51,982 bases of DNA from Candidatus Nanopelagicales bacterium (GCA_038316135.1 JBBQAL010000005.1:1-51982), one strand, 5' to 3'; shown: positions 26,472 to 36,571, counted from the first letter of the stretch. The notes: generated by a model not told the origin, from the sequence alone. Numbers and translations are program-made.

Positions 26472-27844
26472 GCACGGCTACCGCAAGCCTGGCGGCGGTG
26501 AGCACGCGATCTCCCAAGCAGCGCCGAGGAACCGAGCTGGCCCTCCTCGTCTTCGCCTACGGAATCGCTCTAGCCGCTTTCGCACAGGTCGACCTCGTGC
26601 TCCTCGACCAGCTCAGTACCGACTTCACCACCTTTGCGATCGTCTTCGGCGTCGGACTGGTCGCTGCACACGCCAGCTTGCGTTGGTTGGCCCCGTACGC
26701 CGATCCGGTTCTGCTGCCGACCGTCTCACTGTTGAACGGTCTCGGCCTGGCCATGATTCACCGCCTCGATCTGGCCGAAGACCTCACGCCAACTGACCCC
26801 GACTACGTCGCGCAGCTGGGGTGGTTCGTCCTCGGCATCGGACTGTTCGTCGCGGTGCTCTTCCTCGTGCGCGACCATCGGATCCTTCAGCGCTACACCT
26901 ACACGGCGATGCTGGTGGGTTTGTTGTTGTTGGTGCTCCCCCTGCTGCCGTTCATCGGAACGGAGATCAACGGCGCACGGATCTGGATCCAGCTCGACCT
27001 TGGCGGACGCTCCTTCAGTTTCCAACCAGCCGAGATCGCCAAGATCGTTCTTATCGTCTTCTTTGCCGGCTACCTCGTCGTCAAGCGCGACGTGCTTGCG
27101 CTGGCGCGCAGCCGAGTCATGGGTATCGACCTTCCACGCGGCCGCGACCTCGGGCCGATTCTGCTGGCCTGGGCCGCCTCGCTGGCGGTTCTCGTCTTCC
27201 AGCGAGACCTCGGAACCTCATTACTCTTCTTCGGCCTGTTCGTCGCGATGCTCTACATCGCGACAGAGCGGCGATCGTGGATCTTCATCGGAGGCTTTCT
27301 CTTCACAGCAGGCGCCCTGCTCGCCTACCAACTCTTCGACCACGTCCAGCTGCGCGTCAGCATCTGGCTCGATCCGTTCGCCGACGAGTCTGGCGACGGC
27401 TTCCAGATTGCTCAGAGCCTCTACAGCTTCGCCAGCGGCGGCGTCCTCGGCGTTGGCATGGGTCAAGGACACCCGGACTTTGTGCCTTTCGCCAAGACCG
27501 ACTTCATCATGGCCGCCTTCGGCGAAGAGCTGGGCCTCACCGGAGTCATGGCACTCCTCGTTCTCTACGCGATCATCATCGAACGCGGTATGCGGACGGC
27601 AGTGGCCTGTCGCGATGCGTTCGGCAAGCTGCTCGCGGCTGGACTTTCGACGGCTGTCGGCATCCAGGTGTTCGTTGTAGTGGGCGGTGTCATGAAGCTC
27701 ATTCCGCTCACCGGGCTGACCACCCCGTTCTTGTCGTACGGCGGCTCATCGCTCGTCGCGAACTGGGTGTTGGTCGCGCTACTTCTTCGAGTCAGCGACG
27801 CCGCTCGGCGCCCGCCCGATGCCCGACGCGAGGCGGCCGCATGA
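26468..27844 (+). CDS. rodA: SEDS peptidoglycan glycosyltransferase RodA/FtsW
   Basis: NGARIWI, FQPAE.AK, DLGT, TDFI, IPLTGLT.PF.SYGGSS. Confidence 0.95.
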   Translation: MSTATASLAAVSTRSPKQRRGTELALLVFAYGIALAAFAQVDLVLLDQLSTDFTTFAIVFGVGLVAAHASLRWLAPYADPVLLPTVSLLNGLGLAMIHRLDLAEDLTPTDPDYVAQLGWFVLGIGLFVAVLFLVRDHRILQRYTYTAMLVGLLLLVLPLLPFIGTEINGARIWIQLDLGGRSFSFQPAEIAKIVLIVFFAGYLVVKRDVLALARSRVMGIDLPRGRDLGPILLAWAASLAVLVFQRDLGTSLLFFGLFVAMLYIATERRSWIFIGGFLFTAGALLAYQLFDHVQLRVSIWLDPFADESGDGFQIAQSLYSFASGGVLGVGMGQGHPDFVPFAKTDFIMAAFGEELGLTGVMALLVLYAIIIERGMRTAVACRDAFGKLLAAGLSTAVGIQVFVVVGGVMKLIPLTGLTTPFLSYGGSSLVANWVLVALLLRVSDAARRPPDARREAAA

Positions 27845-29280
27845 ACGCCACCATTCGCCGGACTGCAGTCGCCCTTGGCCTGTTGATCCTCGCCCTGATG
27901 ATCAACGCCAACGTCCTCGCAGTCATCCAGAACGACGAACTGCGCGCCCGAGACGGAAACCGGCGTCAGATCATCGATGAGTACGACCAGCAGCGCGGCT
28001 CGATCCTGGTTGGTCGCAAGGAGGTCGCCAAATCGGTCCCCACCGATGAGCGACTCCGCTACCTGCGCGTCTACAGCGACGGCAGCGCCTATGCGCCAGC
28101 CACCGGCTACTACTCCGTCTACGGAGCCACGGGCATCGAGAAGGCAGAGAACGATCTCCTCGCAGGTTCGGACGACCGACTCTTCGTCGATCGCCTGACG
28201 ACGCTCTTCTCCGGCCAGCAACAGCAGGGCGGCACAGTCGTCCTGTCGTTGGACGCCGACGCGCAGCGTGCAGCCTTTGAGGGCCTAGGCGGGCAAGAGG
28301 GAGCAGTCGTCGCCCTTGACCCCAGCACGGGAGCGATCTTGGCGATGGCTTCATCGCCGTCCTTCGACCCCAACGAGCTAGCGTCACACGACCCCACCGT
28401 GGTCAGCGAGAACTACGACAAGCTGCGCAAAGATTCGGGCGACCCACTGCTCAACAGGTCGATCCAGCAGGTCTACCCGCCGGGGTCACTCTTCAAGGTG
28501 GTCGTCTCAGCAGCCGCCCTCAGCAGCGGGGACTACACACCAAAGACTGAGATCCCTGGGCCAGCCGTACTCGATCTTCCCGACACGTCAGCCACCATCA
28601 GCAACTTCGACGACTCCCCCTGCCTCGGCGGAACCGTCACGCTCACCGAAGCGCTGGCCCTGTCCTGCAACACCGCCTTCGCCCAGGTCGGGCTCGGCCT
28701 GGGCGACGACGCACTGCGCGCCCAGGCCGAGAAGTTCGGCTTCAACCAGGGGCTCGACATCCCCCTGGCCGTAGCGCCCAGCGTCTATCCGAACGACCTC
28801 AATGCCCCTCAGACTGCACAGAGCGCCATCGGCCAGTACGACGTAAGGGCTACAGCGATGCAGATGGCGATGGTCGGCGCCGGCGTTGCCAACGATGGAG
28901 TCGTGATGAAGCCTTACCTCGTTGCTGAGGAACGGGCCCCCAACCTGTCGGCCCTTTCCATCACCAAGCCGGAACCATTGTCACGTGCCGTGTCGTCTGA
29001 GGTAGCGGGAGAGCTAAGCGACATGATGGTCACGGTGGTCTCGAACGGCACCGGGGGCAACGCGGCGATCCCCGGAGTCAACGTGGGCGGTAAGACAGGC
29101 ACCGCCCAGGACGGCAATCGTCCACCACATGTCTGGTTCATGGCCTTCGCCCCTGCGGAAGATCCGCAGGTAGCGGTGGCCGTGATCGTTGAGAACGGCG
29201 GACGTCTCGGAGACGCCGCAACGGGTGGAGCGGTGGCCGGACCCATCGCGCGACAAGTGATGGAGGCGGTGCTGCAGTGA
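27841..29280 (+). CDS. pbpA: Class B penicillin-binding protein
   Basis: RGSI, PPGSLFK (SxxK), SCN, KTGT. Confidence 0.95.
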   Translation: MNATIRRTAVALGLLILALMINANVLAVIQNDELRARDGNRRQIIDEYDQQRGSILVGRKEVAKSVPTDERLRYLRVYSDGSAYAPATGYYSVYGATGIEKAENDLLAGSDDRLFVDRLTTLFSGQQQQGGTVVLSLDADAQRAAFEGLGGQEGAVVALDPSTGAILAMASSPSFDPNELASHDPTVVSENYDKLRKDSGDPLLNRSIQQVYPPGSLFKVVVSAAALSSGDYTPKTEIPGPAVLDLPDTSATISNFDDSPCLGGTVTLTEALALSCNTAFAQVGLGLGDDALRAQAEKFGFNQGLDIPLAVAPSVYPNDLNAPQTAQSAIGQYDVRATAMQMAMVGAGVANDGVVMKPYLVAEERAPNLSALSITKPEPLSRAVSSEVAGELSDMMVTVVSNGTGGNAAIPGVNVGGKTGTAQDGNRPPHVWFMAFAPAEDPQVAVAVIVENGGRLGDAATGGAVAGPIARQVMEAVLQ

Positions 29281-30986
29281 GCGGCGACAGGACCAACGGC
29301 ACGCTCGGTGGGCGCTACGAACTCGGTGAGCTGCTGGGCCACGGCGGAATGGCCGACGTGCGAAAGGCGATGGATCTGCGGCTCGGACGCGCAGTCGCCG
29401 TCAAGATGCTCCGCACTGACCTTGCGCGCGATGCCACCTTCCAGGCTCGGTTCCGGCGAGAGGCACAGTCGGCCGCATCACTGAACGCACCATCGGTTGT
29501 CGCCGTCTACGACACCGGTGAGGACGAGCTCGACGGCGTGCGCGTCCCGTACATCGTCATGGAGTACGTCGAGGGGCAAACGCTGCGCGAACTGCTGCGC
29601 GACGGTCAGCGGCTGATGCCGAACCGCGCGCTGGAGATCACTGCGGGTGTCCTCAACGCACTCGAGTACAGCCACCGGCAAGGCATCATCCACCGTGACA
29701 TCAAGCCTGCCAACGTCATGCTCGCCGCCAACGGTGACGTCAAGGTGATGGACTTCGGAATCGCTCGTGCAGTCGCCGACAGCGGCGCAACGATGACGCA
29801 GACGGCGAATGTCCTTGGCACGGCGCAGTACCTCTCGCCCGAGCAGGCTCGCGGCGAGACCGTCGATGCACGCTCTGACGTGTACTCCACCGGCTGCCTT
29901 CTCTACGAGCTGCTCACTGGGCGGCCCCCCTTCCAGGGCGAGTCTCCTGTTGCCGTTGCCTACCAGCACGTGCGCGAGAACCCGATGCCGCCGTCGACAC
30001 TGACCCCCGACATCGGTGGCGACGCGGACGCCATCGTCATGAAGGCGCTCGCCAAGAACCCAGCCAACCGCTACCAGTCGGCCGCAGAGATGCGTACTGA
30101 CATCACCAGGGCGTTGCAGGGCGCCACCGTTGCGGCGCCCCCTGTCATGGCCGAGCCGATGACCCAGCAGCTCACCCCGATCACCGAGCCGGAGCCCGAG
30201 GAGAAGAGCCGCAAGGGCGGTTATGTCGCTCTGGTGATAGGCGTGCTCATCGCACTCGCGCTGTTAGGTGTCGGCGCTTGGGCCCTGGTAGGTGGCGGAG
30301 CCAAGAACGTGGCAGTCCCCGATGTCGTGGGTGACCGGCTTCCGGAGGCACAGTCGGCGTTGACCGCCGCCGGATTCGAAACGCAGGTAGACACCCAGAC
30401 CAGCGACGAGAAGAAGAACACCGTCCTCACCCAGGATCCGCTCGGAAGCACCGAGGCCCCGGAGGGGTCGACGGTGACGCTGGTCGTGTCAGCTGGGCCA
30501 GAGCAGGTCAAGGTCCCCGACGTCGTCGGGCTATCGCAGCAAACAGCCATCGACCAGGTCCAGCAGGCCCAACTTCTGGTCGACACCACCCCGGTCGCCT
30601 CCGATCAGGCCGCGGGAACGGTGATCAGCACCGACCCGAACGGCGGAACGCTGGTCGACGCCGGCTCAGTGGTGGTCCTCTCAGTCAGCACTGGTGAGGT
30701 CCCGGTTCCCAACGTCATCGGGGACAGCGAAGCGACGGCGACGACGACTCTCGAGTCCGCTGGATTCACCGTGACGCCGGTCTACGAAGAGACCGACCAA
30801 GCTCAAGCCGGCACCGTGACCGACCAGTCGCCGAGCGGCGGATCCTTCGCCCGGTTGGGGACCCCCGTTGTGCTCACCATCGCCAAGGCGCCCGCAACCC
30901 CGACCCCGAGCCCGAGCGACACCGCAACGCCAACCCCCAGTGACACCAAGTCCAACAACGGCGGCGGCGTCGGCAACCCCCCGTAA
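29277..30986 (+). CDS. pknB: PASTA-domain Ser/Thr kinase
   Basis: GHGGMADV, HRDIKPAN, DFGIAR, TQTANVLGTAQYLSPEQ; TM; three PASTA repeats. Confidence 0.96.
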   Translation: MSGDRTNGTLGGRYELGELLGHGGMADVRKAMDLRLGRAVAVKMLRTDLARDATFQARFRREAQSAASLNAPSVVAVYDTGEDELDGVRVPYIVMEYVEGQTLRELLRDGQRLMPNRALEITAGVLNALEYSHRQGIIHRDIKPANVMLAANGDVKVMDFGIARAVADSGATMTQTANVLGTAQYLSPEQARGETVDARSDVYSTGCLLYELLTGRPPFQGESPVAVAYQHVRENPMPPSTLTPDIGGDADAIVMKALAKNPANRYQSAAEMRTDITRALQGATVAAPPVMAEPMTQQLTPITEPEPEEKSRKGGYVALVIGVLIALALLGVGAWALVGGGAKNVAVPDVVGDRLPEAQSALTAAGFETQVDTQTSDEKKNTVLTQDPLGSTEAPEGSTVTLVVSAGPEQVKVPDVVGLSQQTAIDQVQQAQLLVDTTPVASDQAAGTVISTDPNGGTLVDAGSVVVLSVSTGEVPVPNVIGDSEATATTTLESAGFTVTPVYEETDQAQAGTVTDQSPSGGSFARLGTPVVLTIAKAPATPTPSPSDTATPTPSDTKSNNGGGVGNPP

Positions 30987-31009
30987 CAGCTCGCTGAGTG
31001 CATCCCCGA

Positions 31010-31636
31010 CTATGTCGCAGAGACGACGGGGGCCAGCCCCGCTGAGCGCCCCACTGCCTCTGGGTCTCCGCACACGCTCAGCCAGTTGGCCAGCGTCAGG
31101 TGGCCGCCCTCGGTGAGCACCGACTCGGGGTGGAACTGCACGCCCTCGACGGCGAGAGTGTGGTGACGCATCGCCATGATGACGCCGGACGCCGTGCGTC
31201 CCGTTACGTCCCAGTCAGCGGGAACGGTAGTCTCGTCCACCGCCAGTGAGTGGTACCGGGTGGCGGTGAAGGGGTTCGGCAGCCCGGCCAGGACGCCAAC
31301 GCCCTCGTGCTCGACGAGGCTGGTCTTACCGTGCAACAGCTCGGGCGCCCTGCCCACAGTTGCCCCGTACGCAACGGCCATTGCCTGCAGCCCGAGGCAC
31401 ACACCGAAGATCGGCACGCGTCCGGCGAACTCGCGTACCAACGGGACGCACACCCCGGCGTCCTCCGGAATCCCTGGGCCGGGGCTCAGGAGCACCCCGT
31501 CGTAGCTTGAAACCTGGTCGAGATCGACGGCGTCATTACGCAGCACCGTGCATTCAGCACCCAGCTGGGCGAGGTACTGCACGAGGTTGTAGACAAACGA
31601 GTCGTAGTTGTCGACGACAAGGATCCGCGAGCTCAC
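31010..31636 (-). CDS. pabA: Aminodeoxychorismate/anthranilate synthase component II
   Basis: DNYDSF, SPGPG, GVCLG.Q, RYHSL, GVQFHPES. Confidence 0.93.
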   Translation of the reverse strand: MSSRILVVDNYDSFVYNLVQYLAQLGAECTVLRNDAVDLDQVSSYDGVLLSPGPGIPEDAGVCVPLVREFAGRVPIFGVCLGLQAMAVAYGATVGRAPELLHGKTSLVEHEGVGVLAGLPNPFTATRYHSLAVDETTVPADWDVTGRTASGVIMAMRHHTLAVEGVQFHPESVLTEGGHLTLANWLSVCGDPEAVGRSAGLAPVVSAT

Positions 31637-31646
31637 GTCATCCAGC

Positions 31647-31838
31647 CTAGGCCAGCGGCCGCAGGGTCGTCGCTGCGGCGGACTCGTCGACCGTGACGTC
31701 GGTGAACGGCAGCCGCGGCTCGACCCATGGGAAGACCCAGAGGAAGAGGACCGCCACCACCGCGATGAACAGCAGCAGGGCGATGACTACGCGCACCGCA
31801 GTCGGACCAGGAAGGTGACTCCAGAGCCAGCCGTACAT
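31647..31838 (-). CDS. Small membrane protein coupled to sortase E
   Basis: MYGWLW..LPGP...TM..VFPW; typical small gene between sortase E and pabA. Confidence 0.75.
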   Translation of the reverse strand: MYGWLWSHLPGPTAVRVVIALLLFIAVVAVLFLWVFPWVEPRLPFTDVTVDESAAATTLRPLA

Positions 31839-32509
31839 CAGCCCGCACCCCCAAGCGCTGCCGGTCGACCCTCGCTCTTGGGAAGTTCATCGACGAGCTT
31901 GGCGTGGAAGATCAGCCGTTGATACGAGTCCCAGCGCGGGTTACACGTCGTCAACGTCATCAACCGGCGTCGCGGCACGGCACCCGGCTCGTTCGGCACC
32001 GGCAGGATGACGCCCACCTGGGTCGGCTCAACGATGTACTCCTTGGTCACCTCATACGTGTACCAAGTGGTTCCGGTCTCGACGAAGACATCATCACCAA
32101 CGTCGACCTGATCGAGGTACGCGAACGGCTCCCCGTTGGTCGCCCGGTGCCCAGCCACCGAAAAGTTACCGATCTGGCCGGGCAGCGCGGTCTCCGGGTA
32201 GTGGCCGACTCCTTGCGCTAGCGCGTCGAGGCTGACCCCTTCAACGATCGGCACCCGGTAGTTGTCGCCGAGAACCGGAATCCGCAGCAGCGCGAACGCT
32301 TCACCGCCCTTCAGCGGCAGGTCGAACTCCGGATCAGCGGGCGTCCGGTCCCCCCAGTGCCGCTCGAGGTTGTTGGTCTGGGCGTCGGCCGCATGATCAG
32401 CCTGAATGTTCGTCCACACCAACTGGTAGGCCACAAAGAGCAGCACGACGACCCCAGCCGTGATCAGCAGCTCGCCGACAACCCCGACCGTTCGACGGGC
32501 CGCGTTCAC
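31838..32509 (-). CDS. Class E sortase
   Basis: GELLIT.G, GVGHY..TA.PG..GNF..AGHR, TLTTC, catalytic Arg. Confidence 0.93.
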   Translation of the reverse strand: MNAARRTVGVVGELLITAGVVVLLFVAYQLVWTNIQADHAADAQTNNLERHWGDRTPADPEFDLPLKGGEAFALLRIPVLGDNYRVPIVEGVSLDALAQGVGHYPETALPGQIGNFSVAGHRATNGEPFAYLDQVDVGDDVFVETGTTWYTYEVTKEYIVEPTQVGVILPVPNEPGAVPRRRLMTLTTCNPRWDSYQRLIFHAKLVDELPKSEGRPAALGGAG

Positions 32510-33204
32510 TCCACCACCTGAGCCAACTGAGCCGAGAGCGGCCCCTCATACGCCGGAACCGTGACCGAGTCCGACGCACTGACGTCGAAACCGAGTCCGA
32601 GAAGGTCGGCGTACTGGCGGTAGACCGTCACCCGGGGGGAAACGTCGAGCGCACGCTGCAGACGATCGGTTGGCCCCACGGCGGTCACCGTATAGGGCGG
32701 CGCATATACCTGTCCGTGCAGCAGCAAGGTGCTGCCGACGCAGCGCACCGCGCTGGTGGCGATGAGGCGTTGGTCCATCACGCCAATCGCCTCCGCCCCG
32801 CCGGCCCACAACGCATTGATGACCCCCTGCACGTCCTGTTCGTGGACGATGTAGTCGTCGGCGGCGTACCCGTCAGGGACTCCATCGGCAGGAATCGGGG
32901 CATCCTCCAGCGTCACGGTTAGCCCGGGGCCTTGAGCCTCGGAGATCAACGCCTCCAACTGCGGGTCGGTCACTGCCGGCACCTCCGCGTTGGCCGCAGC
33001 ATCGAGCTGGTCCTGTAGTGCCGAAACGCTGGCGGTACCCGCTTCCACCCGGGCCTGTTCGGCGCGAATCAGGTCAACCAGATCGGTCCGGCGCTCGGCC
33101 CGCAGGTCGGTCCCCGCCGCTAGCCGGGCTGACGTCGCCAGCAGCAGGCCGATCAGCAGCAGAACGACAGGCACGAGGACGCGCCACACCAGTGTCGACC
33201 GCAT
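32506..33204 (-). CDS. DUF881 protein
   Basis: GPGLTVTL.D, VHEQD...V.NALW.GGAEA, QR...TSAVRCVG; leaderless TAGCGT-N7-ATG. Confidence 0.9.
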   Translation of the reverse strand: MRSTLVWRVLVPVVLLLIGLLLATSARLAAGTDLRAERRTDLVDLIRAEQARVEAGTASVSALQDQLDAAANAEVPAVTDPQLEALISEAQGPGLTVTLEDAPIPADGVPDGYAADDYIVHEQDVQGVINALWAGGAEAIGVMDQRLIATSAVRCVGSTLLLHGQVYAPPYTVTAVGPTDRLQRALDVSPRVTVYRQYADLLGLGFDVSASDSVTVPAYEGPLSAQLAQVVE

Positions 33205-33272
33205 AGGAACTACGCTACGGGGCAGACGCAAGTGGCCCGGTGCCCCCGGGCATGACCCAAGGAGTGGTGGAC

Positions 33273-33527
33273 GTGCCCAAGTCGCGGTCCCGCAAGAAGG
33301 CTGACTACATCCCGCCACCCGAGCGCACCGACCGAAGCCAGGCCGTGAGCGCGAGGTGGGTGGCTCCCACGATGGTCGCGCTGCTGCTCATCGGCTTGAC
33401 GTGGGTAGTGCTCTACTACGTGGCCGCCAGCAGCATCGGCTTCGTGAGCACGCTCGGCGCCTGGAATATCGCCATCGGCTTCGGCTTCATGTTTGCCGGC
33501 CTCATGGTCGCCACCCGGTGGAAGTAG
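33273..33527 (+). CDS. crgA: Cell division protein CrgA
   Basis: MPKSRSRKK, two TMs, LGAWN..IGFG, TRWK. Confidence 0.95.
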   Translation: MPKSRSRKKADYIPPPERTDRSQAVSARWVAPTMVALLLIGLTWVVLYYVAASSIGFVSTLGAWNIAIGFGFMFAGLMVATRWK

Positions 33528-33552
33528 CGCGCAGAATTACAGAGGTGTAAGT

Positions 33553-33584
33553 ACATCCACAGTGGGGATAACCTCTGTGGATGA
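33553..33584. promoter_or_regulatory. Cluster of three DnaA boxes outside oriC
   Basis: ACATCCACA 33553-61 (+), TTATCCCCA 33563-71 (-), TCATCCACA 33576-84 (-). Confidence 0.7.
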
Positions 33585-33784
33585 CCGATGCTGTTGTGCT
33601 GCGCCGGGAAAGCCCGTCCGACCATGATGCGGCGGAAAGACTCCAGAGAGCCGCCTTCGGCGCTGCCGACCGCCGACGAGATGGCTGTCCCACCGGATGA
33701 CCGGGACCCTGGTGTACTCCGAGATCTTCTGGGAGCTGGACTGCGTCGGCCTGCGCGACGATCACGACTGACTGAGGAGGTCGA

Positions 33785-35113
33785 ATGCAGAGCCATATTG
33801 ACGAGGCGGTCCGCTGGGCGCTGGAGTGGCAGGCGAGCAGGCGCGTACCTGGAATGGCGCTGGTCATTACCGATCGAAACCGCACCCTGCATGTCGAGCA
33901 CTCTGGTCTGGCTGATCGCAGCGGGATGCGGCCAGTAGACCCAGGGCAGCGCTGGCAGATCGGGTCGATCTCGAAGGCTTTCACCAGCGTCGCGGTGCTC
34001 CAACTGCAAGGTCGAGGCGAACTCTCCACCGACGACAGGGTCATCGATCTGCTGCCGTGGGCGTCCCACCTGCACCCCGACATCACCCTGCACCACTTGA
34101 TGACCCACACCGCCGGGCTCTCCGGCGGCAGCGAGTGGACGCCGGACTCGCTGCTCGAATCGGCGATGCAGGGGGCCGTCGGCACTCCGCAGGCACCTGG
34201 CGGTCCGTTCTGGTACTCCAACCCGGGATACGAACTGATCGGCGACGTCGTCGAGTCCGTCACGGGCCGGACCCTCGAGAACCACCTCGCAGAGCAGGTA
34301 GTCGGCCCGCTGGGCATGAGCCACTCGGCGGCATCGGTCGTCACGACCGACCACGGCACCGATGTTCGCGGCCACCGTCCGCCGCGCGACGATGCCCTGT
34401 GGCGAGCAGAGACCGATCAAACCCCTGATGTCCTCTTTCCCGCGTGCACCGCAGACGGAGCAATCGCAGCGACGCCCGAAGACATGGGTCACTACCTGCG
34501 CTTCCTGCTCAATCGCGGTGCAGAAGGCGTAATCGGTCCCGACGATTTCGCGCGCCTGTCCAGCCGCCACGTTCGCGACGACGACGGCTGGTACGGCTAC
34601 GGCTTGAGAACCCTTGAGCGCGACGGCCAGGTCACATTGGGGCACAGCGGCGGAATGGTCGGCATGTTCGCCGACGCCCAAGTCGACCCTGATCGCGGAC
34701 TCGGCACCTGCATGCTTGTGAATGGGTACGCCGACATTTCCGAAGCGAACAGTCACGTGTTGCGCCTGCTCTGCGACCTCCCGACTGTCGAACCGAGCTG
34801 GCCGCACCCGGAACCGGCCGATGACGGCAGCGACCACCCCTACCGAGCAGCAGTTGGTCTCTACCGCTCCTACAACCCGTGGGCATCAACGCTGCGCATC
34901 CTGCACGCCGACGGAGAGCTGCGTCTGGCCGATCCGGTGAGCGGAAGCTTCCAGGTGCTCCACGCAGAGTCGCAGAACCGCTTTCGGGTCGGACGCGTCG
35001 ACTCACCAGATGTCGTTGACGTCAGCGTCGAGATCGGCGGAAAGTTCCAGCGTCTGGACCTATCCGGATGCCTGTACGGCCGGGCCCGCCGCGACCGCGC
35101 CGCCGGTCGCTGA
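33785..35113 (+). CDS. Serine hydrolase (beta-lactamase class C-like family)
   Basis: GAGGAGG RBS; IGSISK (SxxK), LMTHTAG, YSN, HSGG. Confidence 0.9.
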   Translation: MQSHIDEAVRWALEWQASRRVPGMALVITDRNRTLHVEHSGLADRSGMRPVDPGQRWQIGSISKAFTSVAVLQLQGRGELSTDDRVIDLLPWASHLHPDITLHHLMTHTAGLSGGSEWTPDSLLESAMQGAVGTPQAPGGPFWYSNPGYELIGDVVESVTGRTLENHLAEQVVGPLGMSHSAASVVTTDHGTDVRGHRPPRDDALWRAETDQTPDVLFPACTADGAIAATPEDMGHYLRFLLNRGAEGVIGPDDFARLSSRHVRDDDGWYGYGLRTLERDGQVTLGHSGGMVGMFADAQVDPDRGLGTCMLVNGYADISEANSHVLRLLCDLPTVEPSWPHPEPADDGSDHPYRAAVGLYRSYNPWASTLRILHADGELRLADPVSGSFQVLHAESQNRFRVGRVDSPDVVDVSVEIGGKFQRLDLSGCLYGRARRDRAAGR

Positions 35114-36031
35114 CCCGGTAGCTCCGAGATAGGTGATGTCGCTGATGCAGCTATTGGGGTTCTGCACTCCGGTCAGGCAGCCGTTGATCTGATTGGTGCG
35201 CCACCCGGTGACGGCAACGCACACGGCAAGGATCGCAAACGAGGCACCGATCGCGACACTGAGCCTGTGTCGCTGCGGCGCATAGACCATGGCGGCGGTG
35301 AGCACCGTCCCGACGATCAGTCCGCCCAAGTGAGCGCGCCAGTTGATGTTGAGGCCCGGGAGAAAGCCGATCACGACGTTGACGACGATCAGTCCAATGA
35401 TCCCGCCGACATCGAAGCGCAACCGCCTCATCAGGACGAAGAGCGCCCCGAAGAGACCAAACACCGCACCGGAGGCCCCCACTGACGTCTGAAACGGCGA
35501 GTCGACGGCGTACGAAAGTACCGAACCACCGAGGGCGCTCATGAAGTACACAGTGAGATAGCGCCAGCGACCCAGGCGCGGCTCTATCTCCGAACCGACA
35601 AACCACAAGGCGAGCATGTTGAAGGCCAGGTGAGTTACCCCCGTATGCAAGAAAGCGGAGGTGACGAGTCGCCACCACTCACCATCGATAGCAACGGCAA
35701 AACCCTGCATAGCAAAGCGGGTGGTCAACCGATCGCTCGTCGCATATTGCAGGACGAAGAGAATCACGTTGGCCGCGAGGAGAATCTTGGTGACCAGCAC
35801 CGGATCGCCATGGATGGCACCACCAGCGAGGGTTCGCGTCGCACGCGTGGTGGCCTTGCCCTCACGCACGCACTCAGGACACTGGAACCCAACGGCGGCG
35901 GTGACCATGCAGTCTGGGCAGATCGGTCGTTCGCACCGGGTGCACCGGATGTGGCTTTCTCGCTCAGGGTGCCGATAGCAGGTCGGCGGACCCGACGTGG
36001 CTGCCGACTCTTCAGCAGGTTGGTCGGTCAT
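35060..36031 (-). CDS. Rhomboid intramembrane serine protease with N-terminal B-box zinc finger
   Basis: CYRHP...CTRCERPICPDC...CPEC; WRL..S.F.H, GASG, HLGG. Confidence 0.93.
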   Translation of the reverse strand: MTDQPAEESAATSGPPTCYRHPERESHIRCTRCERPICPDCMVTAAVGFQCPECVREGKATTRATRTLAGGAIHGDPVLVTKILLAANVILFVLQYATSDRLTTRFAMQGFAVAIDGEWWRLVTSAFLHTGVTHLAFNMLALWFVGSEIEPRLGRWRYLTVYFMSALGGSVLSYAVDSPFQTSVGASGAVFGLFGALFVLMRRLRFDVGGIIGLIVVNVVIGFLPGLNINWRAHLGGLIVGTVLTAAMVYAPQRHRLSVAIGASFAILAVCVAVTGWRTNQINGCLTGVQNPNSCISDITYLGATGSATGGAVAAGPAVQASG

Positions 36032-36040
36032 CGGAAGGCG

Positions 36041-36571
36041 TCAGGCGCCGACGCGCTCGATCACGACATTCTCGATGACAACAGGGTCGACCGGTCTGTC
36101 CTGCGAACCAGTTGGAGTCGCCCCGATCGCATCGACGACCGCGCGTGAATCGGCGTCAGCAACCTTGCCGAAGATCGTGTGCTTGAAGTTCAGCCAGTCG
36201 GTGGCGCCGACGGTGATGAAGAACTGCGAACCGTTGGTGCCTGGCCCAGAGTTGGCCATGGCCAGAAGGTACGGCTCGCTGAAGGTGAGCTCGGGGTGGA
36301 ACTCGTCGCCGAATCGGTAGCCGGGGCCTCCGGTTCCGGTGCCGAGCGGGTCGCCGCCCTGAATCATGAACCCGCTGATGACCCGGTGGAAGGTTGTCCC
36401 GTCGTAGAGCTTGGTGCTGCTCAGGTCACCGGTGCCTGGGTGCTTCCATTCACGCGAGCCCTCGGCCAGGTCGACGAAGTTGGCAACCGTCTTCGGCGCG
36501 TGGTTCGGGTACAGCTCGATTCGGATCGCGCCACGGTTGGTGTTCAGTGTCGCGAAGAGTTGCTCAGCCAC
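36041..36571 (-). CDS. ppiA: Cyclophilin-type peptidyl-prolyl isomerase
   Basis: APKTVANF, FHRVI.GFMIQGGD, AMANSGPGTNGSQFFIT, HTIFG; GTG after GAAGGG RBS. Confidence 0.95.
   Translation of the reverse strand: MAEQLFATLNTNRGAIRIELYPNHAPKTVANFVDLAEGSREWKHPGTGDLSSTKLYDGTTFHRVISGFMIQGGDPLGTGTGGPGYRFGDEFHPELTFSEPYLLAMANSGPGTNGSQFFITVGATDWLNFKHTIFGKVADADSRAVVDAIGATPTGSQDRPVDPVVIENVVIERVGA

Noticed and set aside
26821-27840. N-terminal extension making PbpA 819 aa
   Set aside because: Overlaps rodA in another frame and is Arg-rich nonsense; real start is ATG 27841 overlapping the rodA stop
30890-30950. Thr/Pro/Ser repeats at the PknB C-terminus
   Set aside because: Ordinary low-complexity tail, not an array
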